From Podarcis vaucheri (taxonomy: Eukaryota): a DNA stretch of 64,000 bases. The position numbers were made by a program, and so were the translations under genes. Within the stretch, counting starts at the first letter, position 1, and every line of letters starts with the position of its first letter. A model generated the notes under the pieces. That model was not told the origin of the DNA and searched no databases. It saw only the letters and a program-made list of their open reading frames with translations. Positions 25,701-38,272 of the stretch are shown piece by piece. The stretch is from NCBI GenBank assembly GCA_965113315.1, contig OZ220364.1. The stretch is one strand, 5' to 3'.

Positions 25701-28700
25701 TGGATTTTTGCGAAGTTGACAGTCACAAACAGGTACCCTGTCCCACTAAGTGAGTGACTCACGTGGTTAGGGAAATACAGCTGTAAGTGTTAAATGCCTT
25801 TGGCATTTCCTGGGCAGGATTGGTGGCAGGTTGAGAGCCATCAGTAGGCACTCCTTGTAATTTTTAACGGCCTACCCTGCGTCATCTTGCTGATGCACCA
25901 TAAATCAAATAACCTATTTCATAGTTAACCCAGTTCTGTAGCCTAACTGCTGGCTGTTGTTATTGCAATAGTATAACTGGTGAGAAAATAGCCACGTACT
26001 TTTTGACCTAATTAATACTCTGCAGAAGTGACTTAAAGAGTCTTTCCATACATTCGTCAATTAAGGAGGAATGAAGTAATTAGCCGAGTGTATGCCGCAA
26101 CTAATTGATAGCTACACAGTGGGGTTGTAGCAAAATTTGCAGAGTTGTTGTGAGAATGGCATAAGATGAGATAGCGCCACAGCTCTTTTTGGTATTAGGA
26201 GTACCTTGTTGCTGCTAGTTACATAATTGTGAGTGACCTAGCAGCCACTGTATTTTTAAAAAGAGAAAGCCAATGGTCCATTGCAAAGTAGTTTAGTTGG
26301 TGCAGATTGTGTGCAAATCTGCGGCTGCAAGTAAAGAACTCGAGAATTGTCATAGCAAAGAGGATAAAGAGCACAACAGGTCCTTGCATATCTGTTTAAA
26401 AATCTAGTGTTTATTCCATGCACATCTTTTAAATAATTAGTTCCTTTGGTTTGCTTGTCATGAGGTTACAGTTGAGGATGCATGGCGATAGTAGGTTCCT
26501 CTGCAGCAACTTCGTTTTTGTGTGAGATGCAATAAATGAACATCTAGGTCTGCAAACTTACACAGTTAAGATTTTTGAGGCTGGCCGGGTTGGCCCTTGC
26601 CAAGGAGCCAGGCCCAGGGGGTTACAAAAATTGCACCTCTCCACTCTGGCTAGGAATGGCTTGGAGCCTGCCTGGCCAACCACACACTCCCTGGGCCTCT
26701 CCTCTTCTGCTCTGGGCAGCTGTGTGAGGTGCACAGACTCCTCTGGCAAGGGCACAAGGGATGGGGTGGGCGGGCACCAATACAGCTCCTTGCAAAGGGT
26801 GCAGTGAGCCTTGGTATGCCTCTGCGGTGCATATTTTTAAAAATGCAGCAATTTGTGCAAAGGGGTGGGGTGGGGAGACTGTGTGCAGAAAATATAGGAT
26901 AAGATTAGGAAGCAACTGTTGCACGTGATCATGAAGTAGCTAGGTTTGGCTTTTGCAGAAACAAGTTATCAGGCAAGATAACTGTACCGATGCATTGCTA
27001 CAAAATCACTGTTATGTGTTACAAATAAAAGTGTTGGGGAAGAGATTGCAGGTATGGTGCAGTGTTCATGAAGGAGGCCAGTGCCAGACTTCTTCCTAGA
27101 CCATCTCCTCCAATGAGCTTGTGCTTTTGAACAATAAACACAGGGCATGAAGCAGAATGATTTTAGATCATAGGATGTGGGCTGCCTTTTCTTCTTGCAT
27201 GAATCTCTGTTTTGGTTCCTGTGAATGCAGCCTGGTATGTTGTGGTAGTAGTTTGCAAACTTTCTATGATGGCTCTCTTGGAGGATGTCTCTCTTGGAGG
27301 ATTCTAGGGCACATTGCTCCCTGGTGTCACCTGTGTAAATGGAGAGTATGCCCTAGAACATACACTACTGTCTCATGCTGCTGCGCATTGCAGGGGGTGG
27401 GAATCAGTAATAGTAGGCAAGCTAACTTTTAGAGTGGCTTATCCAGCAGCACTAATTTCTGGGGTGAAGACGCTTCTGCAACACTAAAGAATTCCTTCAA
27501 CACAGTTTGAAAATTGCTGGTTTAAAGTGTCAATTGTTCTAGTTGAGGGAGTGTGATTTAATGGCTTGAAAGAAATGATGGCATTTGTCTCCTGTATTGC
27601 TTTCCTAATGGTATGACTGGCTGACCTTGGGCAAATAACTTGGCTTTTGCTTCTTCTTATGCCAAACTTTTAAAGTAAGGATAACCGTATTGGTCTGGCT
27701 GCTTCATCAGCTTAATTAATGCTCACTTAACACTTTTGAGATACTATAATGAAAGGTGTTGCAAGATTGTGAAGTGGTTGGGTTATCCCATTCATCCTCT
27801 TCTGTGTGTGTTTGTGTGGGTTAACAGGAAGTGGAAGTCTGTGTGCTATGGTGCCAATTATGATGACTGACTCAGATGAATGTTGACATCTGACCTCCAT
27901 TTTCTTTTGTCTGAGAACTATACTTCCTTTCTTAGTTGTCCAGTCTGTTTTTTACATTCTTGATTTGAGCAATGAGCAATGACTTTTTAAAATGAGGAAG
28001 TAGCAAATATGTTTGAGACAGCATGCATTTTTAAGTAGCAAAGCAACACTGCTGTTAAAAAAAGAACTTGCCTCTTGTTCCAAACCTAGGCCTGGAAACT
28101 AAGGCCTCTGTGTCAGGCATACCCCTCTCTTAGTGAATGAGGAATGGAGATGCAGGAAACTACAACTGCAAGAATTATGAAGGGTGGGAAGGAACAATAG
28201 AAAATGTATTTGAGACACTTGGGTAGCCTGAGATTAAGTGGTGTTGGATAGCAATTTTTTCTCAGATTTAATAGTGGGATTGGAAGGTGGGGGTCAGTGA
28301 AGAAGCTTTAGAGAACATTCTTACTAAAGGTGTTATTCTTAACATCAATAAGGGAAAGGATTAGGAGGAATTTGATAGGTCGTCATTAGAAAATAAAAGA
28401 ACTAGACTGTGCTGCAAATCTGTTTGAAAACATTAAAACAAGGCGTTAGTCTGACTTTCTTTTCCCCCCTCTGCTTTTGAAAGATGATGAGATTTAGATG
28501 TGTTGAAATCCTTTAATGTGACTGAAGAAGAAAAATATGTGCAAATTCTCTTGAGTTGACTGCTATCCCAAAATATCTCTCACAGAGGCCTCACTTCAGG
28601 AACCAGCCTCTCCTTCTTGGGGCAAACTCCTCTCTCACCTAAACCCCTCTCTGCAGCTGCTGCTTATGTAATTTGTAGGTCTGGCCAGACTGTCCCTGAA

Positions 28701-30416
28701 AGCTCCTTGTACAGTGCAAGTTCACTGAGCATCAAGCCCCAGTCTTGTTTGAGTTGGCCCCAACAAATGTTAAGTTTTTAACGCTTCTGCCACATGGGGG
28801 AAATGCTTTTTTCCATTTATCTGAAGTACTGGCTGCAAGTCCTGGAGAAAAGTGATGCTTGCCTCCCCCTGGTGCCTACAACTTTTTTCTTCCTTTGCAG
28901 TTCCTGTGGTGGTTTAGCATAGACAAGCTGACAGAAGGTGACCCCTCCAAAACAGTGTTGCACATTTCAGCTTTCTTGGTTGCTTTGAATGGGTAACATC
29001 AAAGGTGTTTAAAAAAAATAAATTCTGAATTTCTGTACAGTACTGGAGAATTCCAAAACTTGCAGGATATCTTCCAAAACCACTAATCACTCCCTGCCCC
29101 CCAATAAATCTCTTCTCATACAATCTGGGCACCCAAAGAGAGCTTCTGGGGCACTAACTAGGGTACATGGGATTTAGGACAAATAGGGACCCAGCACTGA
29201 GATTTAAGAGGAATTTGAGGTCCCAAGGGACACCCTTCCAGGTGAAAAGAAGATCTTGTAGGAGAGGGAGGATACGTGTTGCCAGCTGAGGAACTGTCAA
29301 AAAAATTAAAAAAGGAAAGAGTTAATAATCTCTGCAGCAAAGCACTAAACTGCACTAGAGCTGTATTGTTACCTCACTTGAAGTTTTCTGGATGTTTGTG
29401 GGAAAGAAAGAAAGACCAAATCACAAAACAGGTTCCTGAAGAACACTACAGATTGACACAAGCTTCCCACTTAAGGTTGACTTGGCTACCTGTATTCACT
29501 AGTAATATAAATGTCAAACCTGCAATCCTGGACTGCCTTGGAGTGAGTTTTGAGAGGCTGTTTTTTGTTTTGTTTTTTAATAAACAGAATGTAACTGACA
29601 GGATGGGTGTGGCTTTGATTTCATAGATCTAGGAAGAGATGAGAAGGAAGCAGCAAGGCTTTGTTATGAAACAGGCTGTCTGGCAAACGGGCATCCCACA
29701 GGAAGCACTACTTGAGTGCAGATAGGTACATTGCTAATGAGGATTAATGCTTGTCCTGGTTGACATCACTCCTGGGATCTGGAAGGACAGTGTTACTTAA
29801 TCCGGAGGACTACATAATCAGCCGATGAGAAATTATTTTGAAGGCTTAATTCTTTGTATCAGAACATACAGCTGTAGTGAGGGAACAGCAAACTAGGTCA
29901 TCCGTGAGCAGACATATTCCCCACCCCCACCCCGTGTCATGCTTATTAATCACTCAAAAAATAAGTTGAGCAATGCTTACCAATAGCTCTTCGGGCTAAA
30001 TTTAAGAGGGATTGGTTATATGTTTGCTTCTGTGAAGGTGAGGCAGCCAACTGAAGTAACATAGCACACTGCTGAACTTGTTCACCTGACACTAATGAGC
30101 TTCCTCACAAAACTTGTAGTGTTACCTGTTACTCAATCAGAAATTCTGACCCTCTCTCTAAAGTAAGAGGAATGTGCCCTCCATGAACAGGGAAAACACT
30201 TTAGCCGAACACCCCCAGCTTCTGTCAACTATTCCACTGCAAATTTTCTTCCATTATTCATTAAGAATTGTGGTCCATTTTCTGCACTTTGTTCAACTTC
30301 CAGAAGTGTGAGGTGGGCCACCTTAGAAGGTACGAAAAATGGCCGGACAAGTACGAGGCTCTTCCTGGTTTTCTCAGTATGTATTCATTAGGTCAGGAGA
30401 TGGAGATTTTTAGCTA

Positions 30417-30551
30417 CAGTGGTGCCTCGCAAGACGGAATTAATCCGTTCCGTGAGTCTCTTCGTCTTGCGGTTTTTTCGTCTTGCGGAACGACTCAAAA
30501 AACGGAAAACTCTTTCGTCTTGCGCGTTTTTCGTCTTGCGAGGTACCACTG
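30417..30551. mobile_element. short (135 bp) Tc1/mariner MITE
   Basis: TIRs CAGTGGTGCCTCGCAAGACG / CGTCTTGCGAGGTACCACTG, TA flanks, four internal TTCGTCTTGCG repeats. Confidence 0.9.
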
Positions 30552-31410
30552 TACCTGCTCTAGTCAGAGTAAATGCTGGAAAAGAATGTGACCATTCTCT
30601 GTTTTGTTTTTACAAAGCTTTTGTTTCCCCTTATTTCATTTCCCTTAGCTGCTACCTTTCACATTGGTGTGTGGAGAAATAGAATTAATTTTAAGACATG
30701 ATACATTTCATTGGTGTTGGTTACACATAAGAAAGCATGGGTATTTATTTCCTCAACTTACAAAGGGTTCTCTGTGACAAGATTTGGAAACCCCTGTTCA
30801 AAGCAGAAGCTGTCGTCAGGAATGAATGTGAAAGATGCAGCGAGGAAAAGGTCAAAGTCAGATAAATTGAAAAAGACATAATTGCCATGAGTGAATGAAG
30901 GGAGTGGTAGCAACAGGCAGAAGTGAAATGGAGAAAGACCTGCTGGAAAGAAGGTGTGACCCAGGATGACTGTGATGGGAATAGGTGCATCACTCAGATC
31001 TTCACTCCTATGCTAATTGGTTATCATTTCTCATTTTCTGGGTACTTCATGCTATACCAATCGAATCCTTTATATATTGTAATTGTAGCTCTCTATGTTA
31101 ATGCATCATGTATTTGTTATTGTTAGTTTGTTAGGTGTTTATAGGTTTAATTCATTCATGTTACCGTTATAGTTCCTATGCATATTTTCATTTTAAAATT
31201 AAATATAGATATTTACCAGTAGGAGTTATGGCCTGTCATACTTAAAGTCTATTTTTTGTCTTAAGAGGAAATATTTGCACAGAATTAAGCATTGGAATTC
31301 CATGAATGTACATCAAGCCTCTTCATTTCTGAGAATATGGAGGTCTTGTTGGGCTGAGCAGGATTGTGTCTCCTGATTGCATACCCTCTACGAGTTGGAT
31401 CTGTTCCAGC

Positions 31411-31794
31411 TTATTTATTTATTAATTATTTTTAACATCTATATCCTACCTTTGCTTCAGAGACCTTAAGGCAGGCATCCCCAAACTGCAGCCCTCCAGA
31501 TGTTTTGGCCTACAGCTCCCATGATCCCTAGCTAACAGGACCAGTGGCCAGGGATGATGGGAATTGTAGTCCAAAACATCTGTAGGGCCAAAGGTTCGGG
31601 ATGCCTGCCTTAAGGCGATGCAAGCACTTCTTCTCTTCTGCCCCTTTATCCTCACAACCACCCTGTGGGGTAGGTTAGACTGAGAGAGAGTGACAGGCTC
31701 AAGTTCACCCAGAGAGCTTCATGACGGAATGGGGATTTGAACCCTGTTCTCCCAGGTCCTTGCTTAGCGCTCTAACCACTATACCACACTGGCT
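31411..31794 (-). mobile_element. Squam3-like SINE interrupted by a hAT MITE
   Basis: Reverse complement has A-box TGGTATAGTGG, B-box GGTTCAAATCC and a (TAAA)n tail; interrupted at 31472-31607. Confidence 0.8.
31472..31607. mobile_element. hAT-type hairpin MITE
   Basis: TIRs CAGGCATCCC / GGGATGCCTG, perfect 8-bp TSD CCTTAAGG (31464-31471, 31608-31615), palindromic body; degenerate relatives near 5280, 9000, 14500, 16020, 34810, 42620, 49081, 53000, 58565. Confidence 0.92.
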
Positions 31795-32385
31795 CTTCTG
31801 ATTCTTGGGTGGGTGGGTCTGTGGATGCAGTCCCTCTTCCTTCCTGTTTAGATATGTCAAGTGTGTATGGCTACTTTGGGGGGGACAAAGTGTACACTCT
31901 GCACCTTTTTAGTTTGAGGACCATATATAGGATTGTCCCTTTTACATTTATATGCTGGCGGGCCAGAAATGTTCCACAAGGATCTCTTAGCTCAATTAAT
32001 AATTCCAAAATTGAAATGGAAGAGGTCATTCAAGGCTGGACTTGCAATTAGGTAATGTGAAAACAGTAATTTCAGGTACAGTTTTTCACAGAGAGCCAAG
32101 GGATGAGTGTCACTCTGACCTTCTAGTTCAGTGGCTAAAATGTCATCATCTTGGGCCTCACTTCTGTTACTGTATGTTCTGACTTTTGATTGAGGCAATA
32201 TTACACCTGACATTATTATTTCATTTATAAAGCATTTAATTTTACTTGGGCTGGTAAGGAGGGCTTTGTGGTAACATTTTTTTATGTTTAACACCATTGT
32301 ATATTCAAACCCATACCCCTCTCCCTGACTTAAATGAGAGCAAGATACCTTTAAATTACTTTTGGATCTGCAGTTCTTCATTGTA

Positions 32386-32618
32386 CAGCAGTACCTCGAG
32401 TTAAGAACTTAATTCGTTCTGGAGGTCTGTTCTTAACCTGAAACTGTTCTTAACCTGAAGCACCACTTTAGCTAATGGGGCCTCCGCTGCCACCGGAGCA
32501 CGATTTCTGTTCTTATCCTGAAGCAAAGTTCTTAACCCGAGGTACTATTTCTGGGTTAGCGGAGTCTGTAACCTGAAGCGTATGTAACCTGAAGCGTATA
32601 TAACCCGAGGTACCACTG
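32386..32618 (-). mobile_element. Tc1/mariner (Tigger-like) MITE
   Basis: TIRs cagcagtacctcgagtta / taacccgaggtaccactg, TA flanks; reverse complement of the 20293-20510 family. Confidence 0.9.
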
Positions 32619-32819
32619 TATATCTCTTTTTGGAGGATTTGTTTGTTTGTTGTTGTTTTTTTAAAGAATGATGTGGCTTTGAAGCTTGCATGACCAATGT
32701 TACAGCAAAGCCCTCTTTGTTCTCTTTCTGTGGAGATTTCCTCTTCCTGTCTCTCGCAAATAATGGTTTTTGTACTATTCTGTCTAAAATGAAACCACCC
32801 ATCTTCCTCTCCCCTGCAG

Positions 32820-32914
32820 TGTTAACGAGCTCTACGTGGATGATCCAGACAAAACGAGTGGTGGTAAAATAGAAGTAAATTTGAACATCAGTTTGCCGAA
32901 TCTGCACTGTGAAT
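32820..32914 (+). CDS. ERGIC1: ERGIC1 coding exon 4
   Basis: cttcctctcccctgcag|T...GAAT|gtgagt; encodes VNELYVDDPDKTSGGKIEVNLNISLPNLHCE; 95 nt. Confidence 0.97.
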
Positions 32915-33344
32915 GTGAGTACATCTTTTTTTGCGGCTGTGTTTGCCAGTAGTGGTTGAGTAACCACTATGTTGGCTTCATAATTCAAAATACGTTCAGA
33001 TTGCTATGAATCATTTCCATTCTTTTTCTAGGAAAAAAGAAGAAAATGTCCTCTTTAGAGGGCATTCTTGCTTTTTATGAATGGCTGCTTTCCGCTATTA
33101 CTAAACACTTATTTGGGCAATGGCGTATAAGGCACTGTATTAAAGTGACATAGTCCCTAAGGTAAAAGAAAAGCATTTTTGGAACATTCTTCCCCAGGGC
33201 GACTCACCTAGGACCTGTCTTCCGGCACCAGGCAGAAATCCTTCATTAAACTTTCTTTTCCCAGGCCTTACAAAACATTAGCTGAACTGTTTTAACCTGT
33301 CCCTATTATGCTCCTGTTACTGCTGTTTTGTTTTTGCTGTTTGT

Positions 33345-33648
33345 TATTATTGAAATTATTTATTAAATTTGTACACCACCCTTCATCCAAACATCACAGG
33401 GCGGTTCACAACAAAAAACCATAAAATGAGAACGCAAAATACATAACACAAATAAGAACAAAAGTAAAAACAAACCAATAACACACACACACCCCAAAAT
33501 GTAAAAGGACATAGGATGTTAATCAGCCAAGGGCCTGGTGGAGGAGAAGCACTTTAGCCTGGCACCTAAAGATATGTAATGAAGGCACCAGGTGAGGCGT
33601 CCTGGGGAGAACACTCCACAAATGAGGAGCCACCACAGAAAAGGCCTG
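33345..33648 (-). mobile_element. L2 LINE 3' end (ORF2 C-terminus plus tail)
   Basis: - strand translation QAFSVVAPHLWSVLP...PSLHIFRCQAKVLL matches the L2 ORF2 terminal motif RAFSVAAPxLWNxLP...SLxxF; AATAAAT-rich tail. Confidence 0.8.
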
Positions 33649-34014
33649 TACCTTGCTATGAAAGGCAGCAGGAGAGAAGGATTGATACCTATATCCTAGG
33701 AACAAATCACTAGATACTTAATAATGCAATTCACCTTGAGTACTTATTGAGTTCAGACGAGGAGATCTGCAAATCATCTGATAACAGAGCCCATATATGA
33801 CTAAAGGAGTATTTGGGAGATAAGAGAAACTTGCTGATGATTATGCTTTCTGATTAGCTTAACTGCTGACTTAATTAAATAATTTTATTTGTATTCTAAT
33901 TTTTAAAATATCAGAAAGGTATCTTAAGAATGATTCATGTATCCTTCTTTGTAGTATGTTATTTTTAACACTCCCATTCTTTTCCCGCTTTCTCCCTGAT
34001 TCCTAAACACATAG

Positions 34015-34139
34015 TGATTGGTCTGGATATCCAAGATGAAATGGGAAGACATGAAGTTGGCCACATTGACAAATCGATGAAAATTCCTCTGAATAACGGG
34101 GATGGGTGCAGATTCGAGGGCCATTTTAGCATTAACAAG
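34015..34139 (+). CDS. ERGIC1: ERGIC1 coding exon 5 (GC 5' splice site)
   Basis: acacatag|TG...AACAAG|gcaagt; encodes (L)IGLDIQDEMGRHEVGHIDKSMKIPLNNGDGCRFEGHFSINK; 125 nt; joins exon 6 in phase 0. Confidence 0.95.
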
Positions 34140-34937
34140 GCAAGTTGGAATAACCCATGCTGGGGAAATGTTGGCAAATTTGGCAATAAATTGTTGTGAA
34201 ATCTCTGGGTGCTGCACTGCTGGGAGAGCTGGGAGGGTTACATAGCCAGGTCTAAAGGTACGGATGCCCCCCCCCCCAAGAATACACTGCAGGACATTAT
34301 GGAAACAACTGAGGCAGCCTGCACTGTTCCAGGATAAATGAGGGTTCTATATTTATGTTTTGTTTCAAGGAACCAGAATGTTAATGCAGTCATGGTAAGG
34401 GGAATTGTGTGTGTCAGTAGATCTTCCAGATTACTATTTCTGGCAGCAAATTAGAATGTTTTTCTGGAAGTAAATCTAATTATGAATAAACACAGCAGCC
34501 CAGTCTTGAAATGGAGAACCAGAGCACCTATTGGCAAAAAATGCACCATTCTGCTATTTGGAAATGACTGGCTAGTGTGTCTACCTGCTAGCAAATGCCA
34601 TTGTTCTTGTGCTAATCTTTGTGTACGTAAATCGTGGGATGTAGTTCAAAAAGCAGTAACAAAGAACTACTGCTACCAAAGTAAAGAATTTTTAGTTGAT
34701 TAAGAGTTGAGTTTTATTTGATTGATTTTTAAATCTTCATGAATTGCCATATGCATAAACAATTACACTGAAGAGAAAAATGTGTGTATTTGGTTAGCTG
34801 AACCTATGCCAACCTGATGCCCGCCAGAAGTTCTGGACTACAACCCTCTTCAGCCCCAGCCAGCATGGCTGTAGTTCAGAATATCTGGAGGGCACTAGCT
34901 TGGCAAAGGCTAGTGTATGTATGTGTGAAAAGACATA

Positions 34938-35671
34938 CCGTATTTTTCTCTCCATAAGATGTTCCTGACGATAAGGTGCACCTAGTTTTTAGCGGGGGAA
35001 AGCAAGAAAAACAAATTTCTGTGCTGAGCATGTAAGCGGTTCTCGCTTTTCTTGCTTTAAAGCAAGCAAAGCGAGAGTCGCTTACATGGCTTCTGTCCCG
35101 CTTTGCGCAGCTCTCACTTTGCCTGCCCATCCCTCCTCCCGCCTCCCTGTAAAAGAGGAGGAGGAGGAGACACTGGAACAGGTGCTTTGCTTGCTTTACA
35201 GCGAGGCGCGAGGAGAGATGGGCAAGCAAAGTGAGAGCTGCACAAAGTGGGACAAAAGCCATGTAAGCGGCTCTCGCTTTGCTTGCTTCCTTCTGTCCCT
35301 CCTCCCGTTTTGCTATGAAGCCAGAAGAGCAAGAGGCGCTGCGTGGCTCTAATTTTTTCTCTGCTGTCAGCAGAGCAGCGCAGCACGTCTGGCTTCTCTT
35401 CTGGCTTCCCAGCAAAGCGGGAGGAGGGACCGAAGGGAGCCCTTACACGGAGCCCCTTCCATCCCTCATCCCACTTCGCTGAGAAGCCAGCAGAGCGAGA
35501 GCGACAGACGGGAGCCATGGCTCCGGCTGCAGAGGCATCCCTCAGCTCACGACTGCAGCGGTAGCCGAGGGATCCCTCTGCCGCCCAATGCATTGGCACC
35601 ATAAGACGCATAGACATTTCCCCGTACTTTTTAGGAGGAAAAAAGTCTGTCTTATGGAGCGAAAAATACGG
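34938..35671. mobile_element. Tc1/mariner-superfamily non-autonomous element with nested internal inverted repeats
   Basis: TIRs CCGTATTTTTCTCTCCATAAGA / TCTTATGGAGCGAAAAATACGG, TA flanks; same termini as 44006-44264. Confidence 0.9.
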
Positions 35672-37117
35672 TAAAAAGATCATTGCTGGATCATACCAAG
35701 GGCCCCATTCTAACAGCGGCCAATTACAGCAGGCACTACTATAGAAGTGTACCCACTTTTGTGTGAAATAGTCTTTTCTGAGATGCCAACCGCTACTATA
35801 GTTTTCATAAATATTTACATTTTTGTTTTTTTAAAAAATGACACATCTTAGAAAATGTGTTGCCTGATTTAGTCAAGGGTACATTTTAGATCAGTTAATC
35901 TAGCTATTTAGCTGACTAAACCAGCGGCCCTAGTTAGAACGGAAAGCAGCAAAGAGAGGTGCGTATTTGCGGGGGCAAAAACCATGCTAGAAAGAGGAAG
36001 TCATGCTGCACTGACATGTTGCCATGGGGTGGAGCATGGGTAAACATGGGAGCTGAAAACACTTCTGAGTTCTTTGTGGTTTGTTGATGAGCTCAGAGTG
36101 TCAGCGTGTTTTCTTTTCTCCTCCCAAAGCATTGTACAGCCAGCATGTGAGTCACTGCAGTGCAAAGGGCTGTGGCCCAACTCTGTACAAACTCCCTTCT
36201 GTTCCAAGAGGTGCTCAGCTGTTGAGGAATGCCAGCAAGAGAGAGAGAGAGAGAGAGAGAAATGGATGGTGTGGGAGATGCGTTTCTTCTCTCATCTCAG
36301 TGGAGACCAAGTTTCTCTTCCAGCAGCAAGGGGTGTGCGCATTTTGTTGGGCGGGTGTGTCTAGCATTGGGTAATCTGACCATGTAAGGCAGTCCATGAC
36401 TTCACTTGGGTGGGGGAGAGGGAGTGTGTGACTGCTAGCATAATAAGGATGTAACCCTAATTCACACCTCATTTTTATACCACAGGCTACAAAATCCTGC
36501 TGCTTCCTCTTCCTCCTAATTCATGTTGGAGCACACCTAAAAATAACAAGCAGGCCCTACCCTTGCTTATGCTGCAGTACAAAAATATATGTGAATGTTT
36601 TTATTTGATTGCTTTCCCCCCTGTCAGCTGTTTTTTTGTGTCAGTCATCAGCCACCGTAGCAAACTGCAAAACAACTTGCGAGTCTATGTAGATTGTGCA
36701 GTTTTTAATCTTTATAAAAATAATAACAAAATACACAAAGAGCTTCTGAGTTGGATTGTATATTTGCTGTCTAAGGCTTTCTTTGTACTTCTAAGAAAAA
36801 GTGTCCTTAGTACTGTTTATCCCTCACCCCCTCCTGCTGTGTATTATTTTGGGTGGTTGATGTGTGGAATTTTGTTAGGAGAAGTACCTTAGATTTCAGC
36901 TGCTTTGGTTTAATGACAATACAGTTAGATGTGTTCTTTCCCATTATGTTTACGAGTAATTCCCTGGTGTTAAGGAGCTATTTGCTTGCTTACCCCACAT
37001 TGCAGGTACAAAATAAACAGATTCAGAATATGTTGAGGAGGTAAGAATGTATCCCGCCGATTTTTGTATCGGTTGTGCTGGTTGTCCATGTATTTGGGGG
37101 ACAGATTCAAAGTGCTG

Positions 37118-37120
<3 letters not shown>

Positions 37121-37152
<32 letters not shown>
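37121..37152. repeat. (AC)n microsatellite
   Basis: Read directly from sequence. Confidence 0.97.
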
Positions 37153-37154
<2 letters not shown>

Positions 37155-37916
37155 CTGTAACTTTTTATTCAGGTCATACTAATAAAAAACAGAAATAAAA
37201 TGGCATTCAGTATGAAATGCATGCATGGTGAATTGCAGTGAGTTAGTAAAAAGAAAAAAAGAGACCACATCACCTTTGTTTACAAACAACATCGTACAAC
37301 ACATCACAGCTTTATAAACTCATTTCTGGAGTACCTGTTTCCACCACCCACTTCTGCCCCCCAAATGGAGACCATATTGAATGGTGACCTCCAGGACAAT
37401 ATTAGTAGTTTTAGTCCCCTGTTGAGCATCCAGGAAACCTAAGAACAAAAACCACATTGATCATTAAGAACTACTTGGAAATGACTCTTCTCCCCCCCCC
37501 CCCCGAGGTCCAGCATCTCTTCTACATACATCGAGGAGAACCAGTTAAGAGTAGAAAATGTTCTCTAAAAGCAGAGCTCTGACTTCCGTAGGGCAAGTCT
37601 GTACAATAATGTAGTCATAACGTTTGGGGGTGGGTGGGTGGAAATACTGATGGGACGAGCACGTTGGGAAGTCATGGGACTATCCTTTTAAAGCCCTGAA
37701 TGATTTGGGACAACAGTTCTTAAAGGAGCTCCTCTGTCTACCCTAGATCTGTGTCAGTCAGCCTGCTTTAGTGTTTGCTGGTGAAAGTGCTCAGGCTGGT
37801 GGGCACCTGCAATGTGGCATGCTCCTCAGTGCTTTCAGAATTAGACATCATTTGCGTCTTAAGCAGGCCTTAGAGAACTTCTATTTCTCCAGAGCTTTCA
37901 GTGAAAGATCACATAG

Positions 37917-38272
37917 CAGAGGTGGCTAATCTGTGGGCTGCATACAGCTCTCTCAAACGCTTTTTGTAGCCTTCAGGCTCCCTCCCCCTATTAGTGATTC
38001 TAAGAAAAAACTTATATATCTCCTGACAGCTCCCATAGGCAACCCACTGTGATGCCAACATATATTTTTTACCACTCTCATGGTCTCCTGGTGTGATTCT
38101 GTGATGCCACAAGGTTTTGGCAACCATCCAGAAGACCTCGAAACTGTGTTCTAGAAAAAAAAAGCGGAAACCCACTTTTACACTTTGGCCATGCCCACTT
38201 TGAAATGTGGCCCCTGGAGCATTGACAATGCGTCAGTGAGGCCCTTGGCCCCCCAAACGTTAGCCACTCCTG
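37917..38272. mobile_element. hAT-type non-autonomous element
   Basis: TIRs CAGAGGTGGCTAA / TTAGCCACTCCTG; imperfect 8-bp flanks tcacatag / tcataaag. Confidence 0.65.

Noticed and set aside
30417-30551. CRISPR-like short repeat array
   Set aside because: Vertebrate DNA; the 11-bp repeats are enclosed by TIRs with TA flanks and there are no cas genes
34876-35683. 179-aa and 189-aa ORFs
   Set aside because: They lie within a GC-rich palindromic MITE; the internal peptide repeats mirror the DNA repeats and no transposase motif is evident
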